Of a stretch of 64,000 bases of DNA, positions 16,447 through 25,922 are shown piece by piece. A program made the position numbers and the translations under genes. Source of the DNA: Candidatus Nomurabacteria bacterium (GTDB lineage: Bacteria; Patescibacteriota; Minisyncoccia; Phycocordibacterales; UBA9973). Under the pieces are notes generated by a model. The model was given only the letters and a program-made list of their open reading frames with translations. It ran no database searches and had not been told where the DNA came from. Position 1 is the stretch's first letter. Each line of letters begins with the position of its first letter. Location of the stretch: contig JACQGC010000004.1 in the NCBI GenBank assembly GCA_016199805.1, positions 19,816 through 83,815 of the forward strand, in the 5' to 3' direction.

Positions 16447-16854
16447 TTATTCTGCAACTTTTTCTGCCACTTCTTCCTCTTCCACATTGGCGACGGAACG
16501 CATTTTACTGCGAACGTCTTTGATAGCTTTGGTACGAATGTAATATAGTTTGCTCCTCTTGGCATGAGACCTCTTGGTGATTTCAATTTTACCAACCATT
16601 GGAGAAAAAAGCGGGAAAATTCTTTCCACTCCCACCCCAGAGGCCACCTTACGAACAGTAAAAGTAGCGCCGACTTCGGTGCCATGTTTTCTAGCCAAGA
16701 CGATGCCTTCAAAAATCTGGAAGCGAGCCTTGCCTTTTTCATCTATTATTTTTGAAGAGACGGAAACTGTATCACCTGCTCTAAAATCAAGCTTTTTTCG
16801 AGCTTCAATATCCACCGGACTAAACTTTATTTTGTTGATTTTATTTCCTGCCAT
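16447..16854 (-). CDS. rplS: 50S ribosomal protein L19
   Basis: FRAGDTVSVSSKIIDEKGKARFQIFEGIVLARKHGTEVGATFTVRKVASGVGVERIFPL; start taken at MAGNKINK (the ORF-track N-terminus is an upstream read-through). Confidence 0.9.
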   Translation of the reverse strand: MAGNKINKIKFSPVDIEARKKLDFRAGDTVSVSSKIIDEKGKARFQIFEGIVLARKHGTEVGATFTVRKVASGVGVERIFPLFSPMVGKIEITKRSHAKRSKLYYIRTKAIKDVRSKMRSVANVEEEEVAEKVAE

Positions 16855-16922
16855 CCCATTAAAAAATTTAAATAATAAAAGTACTACTTCCTGCAAGTCC
16901 GTTGATTTTCTAACGGGACACG
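16855..16922 (-). promoter_or_regulatory. diverged copy of the upstream element upstream of rplS
   Basis: CATCCCA..aaaagtactac.. then tccgttgattttctaacgggaca; shares both halves with the rplK/nusG/tsaE/secE copies. Confidence 0.4.
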
Positions 16923-16979
16923 TTGCCAAAACACTTTAACATAAAAGTTTTTCAAAGGCAACTAAGAATTATTTTTAAA

Positions 16980-19900
16980 CTATTTCCCCAATATCATCAT
17001 GGCCTTGGTCTTGGGACCAATGAGTCCATCGGACACAAGCCCATGATTCTTCTGCCACTGTTTGATGACAGCGATAGTCTTTGGCCCAATTTTGCCGTCT
17101 AAAACCAAACCGAGTTTCATCGTGTCATTTAGATATCTTTGCAGTTCTTTAGCGGTATCGCCTATACTTCCTAGTTTAAGAGTAGTGAAACCGAAATTAT
17201 ACATCAGCGTAGGATTGATGGCAGAAACATTTATGGTGTTTGTGGTCGCAATCGCAGTTTTGGCGGCAACATTTCCCGAACAAGATTGTCCCGTGGCAGT
17301 ACTAAAGCCCGTGATTCTAGAACCACAACCTGGCATAGATATCGGAGTAGGAGGTGTATAGCTTCCTCCCCCTCCACCACCGCCACTACTTGGCACATAA
17401 ACCAAGGTAAAGTTCGCGGTAATATTTTTATCCGCATCCATAGAAACAGTCATTGGATTAGCTGAAGAGGTGATATCTCCAGACCAATCAGAGAATGCGT
17501 ACCCGGAATTTGGAGTTGCAGTGAGAATGATAGAACTTCCAAAATCATAGTTTGCCTGGTCTGGGTTTTTGGCAACGGTGCCATTGGTGGAGAGAATGGA
17601 TATTATATAGGTGATGATATTATCTTGGATTTGAGTTGTGGCGGAACTCAAGGAAGCAGAACCGGTGCCACTTGCAGAAGAAGGGGTCACTTGGAATTTT
17701 AAATATTGTCCAATATCGGAAGAAGTTAATATATATGTAATAGCGGTTGCGCCACCGATGGCAGTATATGTTCCTCCCGAGGAAGAGGAACGAAGCCATG
17801 CATATGTTGTGCCGGATTCGGGCAAACTATTTGGGTCAGAAAATGCGTATGAACCTGTCAGTGTTTGGCCGATTGTTTTTGTGCCAGAAATGGTGACATT
17901 GGTAGCAGTAGGTAAACCGAAAGATTCTGTCGCTTGAGATTTAATTACATATGATGCTTTGTTCCCTGCTTCGTCTTTAAGTATAACATTAAAGTAATAA
18001 GTGGTGGTGGAAGAAAGACCGGAAACAGGAAGAGTGTTGATGTCTGTGGTGTAAGTGTTGAGTGGTGTGCCATTGGCTTCAATATTGGTCACCGTATCGA
18101 TATTATTGGAAGATGATTGATACACCCTGTATTGTAGAACTCCCTGAGCCGAGACATCGTCTGTGCCTTTAGTCCAATTTAAAGTAAGACTACTTGTAGT
18201 AACACTTGCAGTGGTAATGACGCCACTTGCTCCCGGTGTGGGATTTACTAAATCACCCGCTGAACTAACCGCGACCGGAGCATTTAAACTCGTGGAAATA
18301 TTTCCGTTGGCATCTTTGGCCCAGGCATAAAGAGTTTTTGAGCCATAAGTGGAGAACGTGTAATTGGCAGGAGCACTTCCTGTCCAACCGGCATTTCCTG
18401 CCAAGGGCGCCGTAGGTGACTCAGTCAGAAGATATCCGGTGACGCCAATATCGTCCGTGGCGGTAAAAGAAGATACGGAAACAGTCAATGAACTGGAAGT
18501 AGCGGGAATTGAGAAAGCAGTTACAGTGGGGGCGACATCGTCATACACATATGGTCCTAGGTCCCAATCATAGTTGGCGCGGTCAAGCAATTGAATATTG
18601 GTATAGCTGGCCGGACTCAAACCCACATTGTATGGAACGCCAAGATTTGTCCCGCTATTGATGAGAGAAGAACCGGGGGAAAGTCTGTAATCACTTGTGT
18701 CTGTGTATGTTTTTGTCCACGACAGACCACCATCAGAAGTCGTATGCCCATCGGAATAAATACCTGCCGCGATGGAAGATTGGGTAACAAAAGTTCCTCC
18801 GAGATTTCTTATTTCATCCACAAACCAAATCAATTTTTGGTTTGTCACATTAACGGCATCGGTAAGGTGCCAAAACATTCCTATGTAACCACCTGCGGCG
18901 GCGGCCAATAAATAAGTGTGACGAGCCACTTTACGAATATCGGCTTCAGTACTAAATCCATTCATCGCCCAAGACATTGCTTGCCCGGACAACATATATG
19001 GGTGGATTGATGGCATATACATATACCCCCCACCGGCTGACCGGGCACTGGTAAATGTGGAAGAAATCGTTGGCATATACGCTTCAGCCCCCGCATCGGA
19101 CCATCCTCCTCCATATGCAAAAGAAACTGGAACTGTTCCGATGTTGGATGCAATCCAACCAGCTGAATCTAAAATTTCTTCATCTCTATATGCTGACATC
19201 AGCATATTTACAACGTATGGAAAGGTTGTGCTGGTTTGGTTATCCAATGCCTTCAGACGCACAGGGTCATTCATATTTGTTGTATTGCTGATGGTCCACC
19301 CTTTTCCGGTGGCAGAAAGTCCGACGCATGCATTCGCCACATTGATAGTTTTCTTAAAATCACATAATGTTTTGTCTGTTACTGACCAATCAATCAGAAT
19401 ATTATTTTCTGGGTTACCACTACTAGCCAGACTGAGGGTGTGAGCGGTCCTGTCTATGGTTACTGTATTAGTTCCGGAATTTGTTGTTGATACAGTAAAC
19501 ATAGAAGTTTTGGTGACATCCGAATGAGACCAACTGTGCGAACCAATTTCTATTCCCCTAGCAGGAAGAGATGACAAAATAGTTTTACCTCCGGATGAAA
19601 TTCCTGTAAGATTTGTTAAATACGCCAAGAAAGGGATAGTGTTTGTTCCAAAGGCCGCATCAAATGCATCTGCCAATCCGCTGGAATACGCGGGGATACC
19701 TGCATAATCATCTCCATCAATAGACAAAACAATTTTTACTGCAGGAAAAGGTAAAGCTTTAAAGTTTGGAACCGTAGAATAATTATGTCCTCCATCGGTT
19801 ATGGTTCCACTTCCGGAAAAATTACCAGCTATAAAAGAAGCAGTTGTAACTCTATTATTGCCGAGAATAAGACTATAATCATAATCAATAGTGTTGCCAG

Positions 19901-20549
19901 TGGCAACGGCAACTCCGGCCCCGCCTGTAAAAACTCCCGTGCCATAACCATTTCCTTCAATGATTGAATTGCGAACAGTTGTGATTGCCCCTGTGCCAGC
20001 CATAGAAATTGCCGAACCGGCACATTGGGTAATCAATGAATTGTTTAGAGTCACCGTTGCTGAGTTGGCAACAGACAAACCAATTCCGGCGGCACGGCGT
20101 ATTATTACATTAGATAAAGACAATGAATCGGAAGCTCCAACTGATACGGTCCCTTGAAAATCCAAATACTCCGCCTTGATTCCGGTTCTACCTGTAACCA
20201 TATTTATCGCATAACCACTGGAACCAGGAATAGCCGGAAGTGCTCCGGTATCAGCGACATCATATAGTGTATAAGTTATACCATTTTGGCTAGGAGATAT
20301 TGACTGAGCCCATGAACAACCACGTTTAAACATAACCGTGGCATTCAATCCAGCTGAGGTGTTAGCTTTGGTAATATTTTTCCAGGCCGTTGCAGGAGAT
20401 GTTCCATCTCCTGTATCATTTGCAGCATTGCAGTCAACATAATACGTTGTGCCACCAGCATGAACCATCTTTCCGAAAGAAAACAAAAAGCAACAGAAAA
20501 CCAAAAATACAAATATTTTTTCTGTTTTATTGATTTTAATGCGAAACAT
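16980..20549 (-). CDS. giant secreted protein: right-handed beta-helix + polysaccharide deacetylase (NodB)-like + Ig/FN3-like repeats + C-terminal peptidoglycan-binding domain
   Basis: Signal/TM N-terminus; beta-helix repeats (NSIIEGNGYGTGVF..GNTIDYD..); LSIDGDDY and IGSHSWSHSD NodB-like motifs; C-terminal LNDTMKLGLVLDGKIGPKTIAVIKQWQKNHGLVSDGLIGPKT PG_binding_1-like. Confidence 0.65.
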   Translation of the reverse strand: MFRIKINKTEKIFVFLVFCCFLFSFGKMVHAGGTTYYVDCNAANDTGDGTSPATAWKNITKANTSAGLNATVMFKRGCSWAQSISPSQNGITYTLYDVADTGALPAIPGSSGYAINMVTGRTGIKAEYLDFQGTVSVGASDSLSLSNVIIRRAAGIGLSVANSATVTLNNSLITQCAGSAISMAGTGAITTVRNSIIEGNGYGTGVFTGGAGVAVATGNTIDYDYSLILGNNRVTTASFIAGNFSGSGTITDGGHNYSTVPNFKALPFPAVKIVLSIDGDDYAGIPAYSSGLADAFDAAFGTNTIPFLAYLTNLTGISSGGKTILSSLPARGIEIGSHSWSHSDVTKTSMFTVSTTNSGTNTVTIDRTAHTLSLASSGNPENNILIDWSVTDKTLCDFKKTINVANACVGLSATGKGWTISNTTNMNDPVRLKALDNQTSTTFPYVVNMLMSAYRDEEILDSAGWIASNIGTVPVSFAYGGGWSDAGAEAYMPTISSTFTSARSAGGGYMYMPSIHPYMLSGQAMSWAMNGFSTEADIRKVARHTYLLAAAAGGYIGMFWHLTDAVNVTNQKLIWFVDEIRNLGGTFVTQSSIAAGIYSDGHTTSDGGLSWTKTYTDTSDYRLSPGSSLINSGTNLGVPYNVGLSPASYTNIQLLDRANYDWDLGPYVYDDVAPTVTAFSIPATSSSLTVSVSSFTATDDIGVTGYLLTESPTAPLAGNAGWTGSAPANYTFSTYGSKTLYAWAKDANGNISTSLNAPVAVSSAGDLVNPTPGASGVITTASVTTSSLTLNWTKGTDDVSAQGVLQYRVYQSSSNNIDTVTNIEANGTPLNTYTTDINTLPVSGLSSTTTYYFNVILKDEAGNKASYVIKSQATESFGLPTATNVTISGTKTIGQTLTGSYAFSDPNSLPESGTTYAWLRSSSSGGTYTAIGGATAITYILTSSDIGQYLKFQVTPSSASGTGSASLSSATTQIQDNIITYIISILSTNGTVAKNPDQANYDFGSSIILTATPNSGYAFSDWSGDITSSANPMTVSMDADKNITANFTLVYVPSSGGGGGGGSYTPPTPISMPGCGSRITGFSTATGQSCSGNVAAKTAIATTNTINVSAINPTLMYNFGFTTLKLGSIGDTAKELQRYLNDTMKLGLVLDGKIGPKTIAVIKQWQKNHGLVSDGLIGPKTKAMMILGK

Positions 20550-20553
20550 AATT

Positions 20554-23500
20554 TTATTGCACCAAAGAATACATCAAGGCTTTTGTTTTTTCACCGACGA
20601 CACCGTCTGCAAGCAATCCATGACTTTTTTGCCATTTCATAACAGCGGAAAGTGTTGTTGTGCCAAACTTTCCGTCGAGAACCAACCCGGCTTTTGATGT
20701 ATCATTTAAATATCTTTGCAATTCTTTAACCGCATCTCCCGCACTCCCTTTTTGTAGAGTGACGGTACCTAAATTATATTTTTGGGTACTAGTTGAAGGA
20801 ATTGGTTTTGTGGGTTTTGGCGGAATTGGAGTTGTATCGCCATTTTTAGGAGTGGAAACCGGTTGTGGAGTCGGAATGTCAACAGGAACAGGAGCAGAAA
20901 TAACGCCGGTTGATATTTCATAGACGTGGGCTTGGTACGGAGTAAAGGTGTCGGTAAAACCATTTCCGGAAACAGTTAGGTTTCTATTCTCACCATAAAC
21001 AGACACCAGTGAAGGTGTCGTGCTCCAAGTAAAAGTGACTGGAACAGTTGCATTGGTATTATTGGAAGCAATCAGATATCCTCTGCCACCTGCATATTTC
21101 ACTCTGGTGTGAATACTGCTGTTTGAGCTGAAAGAAAGCAGGTCATTCTTATCAATGGAAGACAAGGCCGGTTGGAGAGAATTGAGTTCTGTGGTTACGG
21201 CTTTGAGGTTGTTGAAATTATCAACTTTGGCCTGACACCACGAGAGCGAACCGGAAGGCGAATGAGCCGCATCGGAACCATCACAGATATACGCCAAAGC
21301 CCCAACACCCAAACTCCAATACACTAGCCCATCGCTCCCCTCGGCAATTGCCATATAGGACATATTGCGAAGTTCCGCTTGGGTCGGCCAGCGACCCTTG
21401 GAAGTAAATTTAAAGAATTGGATGACAGTGGCAACAGGTCTGCTGTTTTGCACGGCATCTTTTGTGATTTTTGTCTGATTAGCCACTAGAGAATAATCAT
21501 AACCGCTAGCTGGTTCTGCTCCGTACAAAGCGTATGGGTCCATGGAAAGCAGGTCAACGGTGTCTCGCCAGTAAGACATTGAGTTTGGAGTATTCCCTGC
21601 GCCAAAAGAAAGACCGATAGGGTCAAGATTTCTCAACTTGTTGTAATAAGTAAACATATCCGGCGCCAAATAAGACACACATTCGTCCATATTGTATTGA
21701 CCGGCAAAACCAGGATATTGGCCCCGAGCAACAATATCGGCATCGCTGAAAGTTTTTAACCAACCATCATCATAAGTACTGGTTGAAAAACAATTGGCGT
21801 TGGAAACAAGAGATATCCCATGTCTCTGTAAAACATTCATCAGCGGAAAGGCAGCGCTGTTTGGCATATTACCCAGCCAATAATTAAACCAGAAATTTAC
21901 CGGCAGTTCAAATAATCGCTTGGTAGAGGTGAGCGTGTTTTCCCAAGTGGTTTCGCTCATTGAGTATCCACCACCGGAATCATACACACCGAGCAAAAAC
22001 TTTGGCTGACCGTTAAATAAAATCTGATTATTTTGATTGAAGGAAATAGGAATGGAATTTCTGACAGAGCCGGAAACTTTGGAAATTCTATAAGACGGAT
22101 ATTCGTACAAAGCTACACTATTTGAACTGCGCAATAATTTAAACCGCGCCAAATAAGTATGGCCATTTGTCATGCTGGAGCCACTTAAAGTAGCTGTAAA
22201 ATCGGCAGATGATGAGTATGATTGGTTTGCAACCACGGAACCGCTGGATTCGTCTGTCAGAGTAATTTCCGGTTTCCAATCGCCAAGCGTTGTCCCAGCC
22301 GGAGGATTTATCTTTACATCAAATTTTATGGTCTGAGACTGGTCGTCAAAAAGAAATCCTTTATAATTTGGATAGAGCATAAATACATCCATGGGTGACT
22401 GATATTCTTCTTGTATCGCCATATCGTCAAACCAAGCCTGACCTGCCGGTTCATTCCAGCTTTCCAAAACAAATTTCACACTTGAAGAATCCTGATTGAT
22501 GACAACATTTTTTAACTCAACATATGTCCAATCATTGACTCCATTCAGACATTTACCCACCCCGTTTCCGGCACTGCCTGCGTTTACACTAATACGAACA
22601 CAGGGATGAATAGTAGTATCAACCAAGTTTGTTTTTATCCAACCGCTGATACGATAAGATCCTTTTTTCAAAGAAAGAGTCTGCCTGGCGGATTCCGTAT
22701 AGGGGAAACTGGGAGCGTCTTTCATACTATAACTACTTGCTCCGCCATGAACTGTAGAAGAATCAACCAGAAAAGCGGACGAACCCGACCAATTTGCCGG
22801 TTTACCACTGGATAATGTTTCAAAACCGGAGTTAAGTAATAAATTTGGACCGAGGCTAGCCATTGGATACCACATCAACCCTCCAGCCACCAATCCATTG
22901 ATTGGAGCAGACGGAGTCGGAGCATTAAATTCCATCATGTCACTTGCGCTACTACAACCTGGGTCATTCGGATAATCTATTTTGCCATCCAAGTCATTAT
23001 CAATGCCATCAGAACATTGTGGAAGGCTTGAATCTGGAAGAACAACGACGGGCGGAGTCGGGGTGCTGACTGGCGGTATATTTGTAGTTGGCAAGGTTGT
23101 CGTTGGAGTTGTCGGATTGTTGTTCGTAGGGGTTGTGGTAGGCGGTGGCGTGTTGCCGGTATTACTAATCATCACGGAAGCATCGTCAAACCAAGCTGTG
23201 CCATTTGGGTCTCCATACATTTCTACAACAAAGTAAGCCGGAGAATCATTGGTGATTGTGACATTCTGCACCTGTAAATATTGCCAGTCGCTGGCACCTT
23301 TTATGATTTGTGATGACTTACATCCATTAACGCAGGCATTTGGGTATACTCCGGTATTAAAATTTATTCTCAAACCACTACCAACCGTTGATGCTACCCC
23401 ATCCATTTTCACCCACATGCCAATATTGTAAACACCCTTTGGAAGGGTGCCGATAGTTTGCATTGCCGACTGGGAATAAGGTATCAAGTTTGCATTAACG

Positions 23501-23805
23501 ATTTTTAAGCTATGCGTTCCCGTGTGGGCCACACTCCCATCAACTGTAAATCCGTTTGCGCTCCAGCTCAGTGGTTTACTGCTGGTATCTGTGTTTTCAA
23601 AACCTCCATTGGTAATATATTCTGTTGTATTCAATACTTGCCCCTGCAGAGAAGAACTGGGAACATTTACAGGATTTGTATTTCTAACTGACACAAAAAT
23701 CACAACACCAATAAAAACAATAAACACAACCAGAGAATAGTGCGTTTTCAAAAAATTTTTTAACATAAATTTTTTAACAAAATTAATTAATAATTGATTT
23801 TTCAA
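20554..23805 (-). CDS. giant secreted protein: two CBM4/9-like carbohydrate-binding modules + central domain + C-terminal peptidoglycan-binding domain
   Basis: N-terminal TM; repeated GFENT..W..NGF..DGS.AHTG..S modules; Thr/Pro linkers; C-terminal SAGDAVKELQRYLNDTSKAGLVLDGKFGTTTLSAVMKWQKSHGLLADGVVGEKT paralogous to the neighbouring gene. Confidence 0.65.
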   Translation of the reverse strand: MKNQLLINFVKKFMLKNFLKTHYSLVVFIVFIGVVIFVSVRNTNPVNVPSSSLQGQVLNTTEYITNGGFENTDTSSKPLSWSANGFTVDGSVAHTGTHSLKIVNANLIPYSQSAMQTIGTLPKGVYNIGMWVKMDGVASTVGSGLRINFNTGVYPNACVNGCKSSQIIKGASDWQYLQVQNVTITNDSPAYFVVEMYGDPNGTAWFDDASVMISNTGNTPPPTTTPTNNNPTTPTTTLPTTNIPPVSTPTPPVVVLPDSSLPQCSDGIDNDLDGKIDYPNDPGCSSASDMMEFNAPTPSAPINGLVAGGLMWYPMASLGPNLLLNSGFETLSSGKPANWSGSSAFLVDSSTVHGGASSYSMKDAPSFPYTESARQTLSLKKGSYRISGWIKTNLVDTTIHPCVRISVNAGSAGNGVGKCLNGVNDWTYVELKNVVINQDSSSVKFVLESWNEPAGQAWFDDMAIQEEYQSPMDVFMLYPNYKGFLFDDQSQTIKFDVKINPPAGTTLGDWKPEITLTDESSGSVVANQSYSSSADFTATLSGSSMTNGHTYLARFKLLRSSNSVALYEYPSYRISKVSGSVRNSIPISFNQNNQILFNGQPKFLLGVYDSGGGYSMSETTWENTLTSTKRLFELPVNFWFNYWLGNMPNSAAFPLMNVLQRHGISLVSNANCFSTSTYDDGWLKTFSDADIVARGQYPGFAGQYNMDECVSYLAPDMFTYYNKLRNLDPIGLSFGAGNTPNSMSYWRDTVDLLSMDPYALYGAEPASGYDYSLVANQTKITKDAVQNSRPVATVIQFFKFTSKGRWPTQAELRNMSYMAIAEGSDGLVYWSLGVGALAYICDGSDAAHSPSGSLSWCQAKVDNFNNLKAVTTELNSLQPALSSIDKNDLLSFSSNSSIHTRVKYAGGRGYLIASNNTNATVPVTFTWSTTPSLVSVYGENRNLTVSGNGFTDTFTPYQAHVYEISTGVISAPVPVDIPTPQPVSTPKNGDTTPIPPKPTKPIPSTSTQKYNLGTVTLQKGSAGDAVKELQRYLNDTSKAGLVLDGKFGTTTLSAVMKWQKSHGLLADGVVGEKTKALMYSLVQ

Positions 23806-23832
23806 TAAAAAAACTCGACCTGTTGGTTCGAG
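23806..23832 (-). terminator. rho-independent terminator downstream of the Com-like gene
   Basis: Minus-strand hairpin CTCGAACC-AACA-GGTCGAG followed by TTTTTTT. Confidence 0.55.
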
Positions 23833-23865
23833 CTTCGCGAGCTTCTCTTGTTAAACTAATCCCTT

Positions 23866-24090
23866 CTACTTATCTGTATCTGGAATCAAACCTTGATTTA
23901 TTAACACCGCACGTTTTCTAATAATCTCTGCATCTGGCCCTTGAAAGAATTGTATATTATGACAATTCCGACATTTTACTTCCAGCATGTTGTCTTTATC
24001 CGTCAGACAACCCTTGCACAAAAGCTTGTCGCATTTATCGCACCGATATTCATTTAGTTCCATATTCCGCATTATACTACACGCAAGCAA
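23866..24090 (-). CDS. Com-like zinc-finger protein (phage Mu Com family-like)
   Basis: YRCDKCDKLLCKG...LEVKCRNCHNIQFF matches the Com CxxC..KLL...CxxC pattern; 74 aa; immediately downstream of a Cys-rich gene. Confidence 0.45.
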   Translation of the reverse strand: MLACSIMRNMELNEYRCDKCDKLLCKGCLTDKDNMLEVKCRNCHNIQFFQGPDAEIIRKRAVLINQGLIPDTDK

Positions 24091-24150
24091 AAAATCTATC
24101 GGAAGAAAAATGCCTGTGGATAACTCAAAAACACTGTTTTGTTGTAAAAA

Positions 24151-25848
24151 TTAGGCAAATTCCTGTTGGTAGCATTTTTCGCAGTAGACCGTCTCGGGTC
24201 TGCCTGGGGCAAAAGAGGTTCTGATTGCCTTGCCACACTTCATACACTGCCGGTCATAAAGTTTTGGCATTTGCAATTTATTAAAACGTGATTTTTCCCG
24301 GCACTTTAGACATCTACTCGGGAGCGGAATGTTCATTTTTCGCAAAAGGTCAAATTCGAGCGAAGCAATTTTGTATTTTCTGTCACAAGTCGTACAAGAA
24401 ATCACTTCTTTTAAGATTGAATCATTCACTTCGCCGATAGTTTCCGGAAAGTCTTCCCCTTTTATTGTCGCTTCCACTTGTTGTTCGGCTTCGTCGTTCC
24501 AAGTGTATCCCGCTTTCAGAGCTTCTTCTTTTGTTTTTGGGAAAAATTTAAAAGCGTTCGAATTGTTGTAAGCGAATTTACTGAAACCGGGCTGAAAAAA
24601 TTCTCCGTAAGGCCAAGCTCTGCCTTGTTCATCTATGTATGGATTATTTTTCATATCTTCAATGATTTTTTCTTTCAAAGCTTCATATTCTTCTTTGGAA
24701 TATTCTTTGTTCAAGATGCAATACGATTTTCTTTTTAGATTCACGCAACCGAAATTGTTTTTTGACGCCGGACACCAAAGACAATACTCGGAATTCAAAA
24801 CATCAGGAAAACAATATGCGGAAAACTTTACGTTGGCGACATTATCCCCCACGCTGGCCGACTCATACAGGAGCTCGGCATTAGCTCCCCAGCCGGAATA
24901 ATCCATGCAATCTTTTACCGGAGAGACGGAAATCATCTGGCACCATTTGCTGTTCTCAACCTTGCTACCAATATATATTTCTTTTGAATTTTTGGAATTA
25001 AACAAATATTCCCCGGTGACATTCAAGTTTAGGGTGTTCCCGGTGTAAAACCGATAGGGGTGTTCCAACCAAAATTTCTCTGCTTCCTTTTTCACTTTTT
25101 CAATTCCGGAACGCGTGTCCAGTTTCATTTCTTTTAATTTTTCCGCGTATTCTTCCTTAGAATATTTAACATTAAAAATACAATTTGAAGCGCCACGTAA
25201 ATTTACACAACCCACGCAATTCATAGAGCTGTAACAGTTGCGGGAAAACCATACATCGGTGCAAGCATCACACTCTTGCGAGTAAAAAACACGATAACAA
25301 TCATTCTGCCCGATACTTTCATAGCATAGTTCTGACTTGAATATGCGCAGAGAATCAGCTGTGTCTTTGGCTGTGTTTAAAATTGAAGAAAAATAAACGT
25401 TCTCACAATAGTCTGCTCCAGTAATCAAAGTACAATTCTTTGAATAAGCCAAGGCATTGCAATAATCACAATTTTTTAGTGTTAAAAAAGTTGATTCCAG
25501 CGCAACGTACGGAACTTTTTCTGACAATTCTTTTACCTGTTCTAGGAATGGTCGTTTTGAATCATAATCCATTGCGGATTCTGTGCCATCCCAATCATCC
25601 GCCCACCAGCATGGCTGACAAAATACTGTAATTTCTTGCTCCGGTGGATACATAGATAGTGTACGCTTGCCACATTTATCGCAATTTCGGTAAAAAAGCG
25701 ACCACCAGTTTATGCATGTAAAACGCCTAATCATCCGGCATTCCGGGCACCAGGTCGGTGCTGGGACTTTTATTTTTTCGTAAAAAGAAAAATCTGACTC
25801 TTCAACAACAAACTCCGATTTACAATTTTGACATGTTTTATTTTCCAT
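24151..25848 (-). CDS. large cysteine-rich protein with N- and C-terminal zinc-ribbon motifs (paralog A)
   Basis: N-term CQNCKSEF..FYEKIKVPAPTWCPECRMIRR, C-term CTTCDRKY..IPLPSRCLKCREKSR ... YCEKCYQQEF; internally duplicated Cys-ladder modules each ending KYSKEEY..LKE; paralog at 57686-59404. Confidence 0.6.
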   Translation of the reverse strand: MENKTCQNCKSEFVVEESDFSFYEKIKVPAPTWCPECRMIRRFTCINWWSLFYRNCDKCGKRTLSMYPPEQEITVFCQPCWWADDWDGTESAMDYDSKRPFLEQVKELSEKVPYVALESTFLTLKNCDYCNALAYSKNCTLITGADYCENVYFSSILNTAKDTADSLRIFKSELCYESIGQNDCYRVFYSQECDACTDVWFSRNCYSSMNCVGCVNLRGASNCIFNVKYSKEEYAEKLKEMKLDTRSGIEKVKKEAEKFWLEHPYRFYTGNTLNLNVTGEYLFNSKNSKEIYIGSKVENSKWCQMISVSPVKDCMDYSGWGANAELLYESASVGDNVANVKFSAYCFPDVLNSEYCLWCPASKNNFGCVNLKRKSYCILNKEYSKEEYEALKEKIIEDMKNNPYIDEQGRAWPYGEFFQPGFSKFAYNNSNAFKFFPKTKEEALKAGYTWNDEAEQQVEATIKGEDFPETIGEVNDSILKEVISCTTCDRKYKIASLEFDLLRKMNIPLPSRCLKCREKSRFNKLQMPKLYDRQCMKCGKAIRTSFAPGRPETVYCEKCYQQEFA

Positions 25849-25922
25849 AACTTTTTTGCAGCCTGCCCCGTATGAAGCTTTGCTTTCGTTCGGGGTTTTG
25901 GCAGACCTTGGTTTCCATTTAT

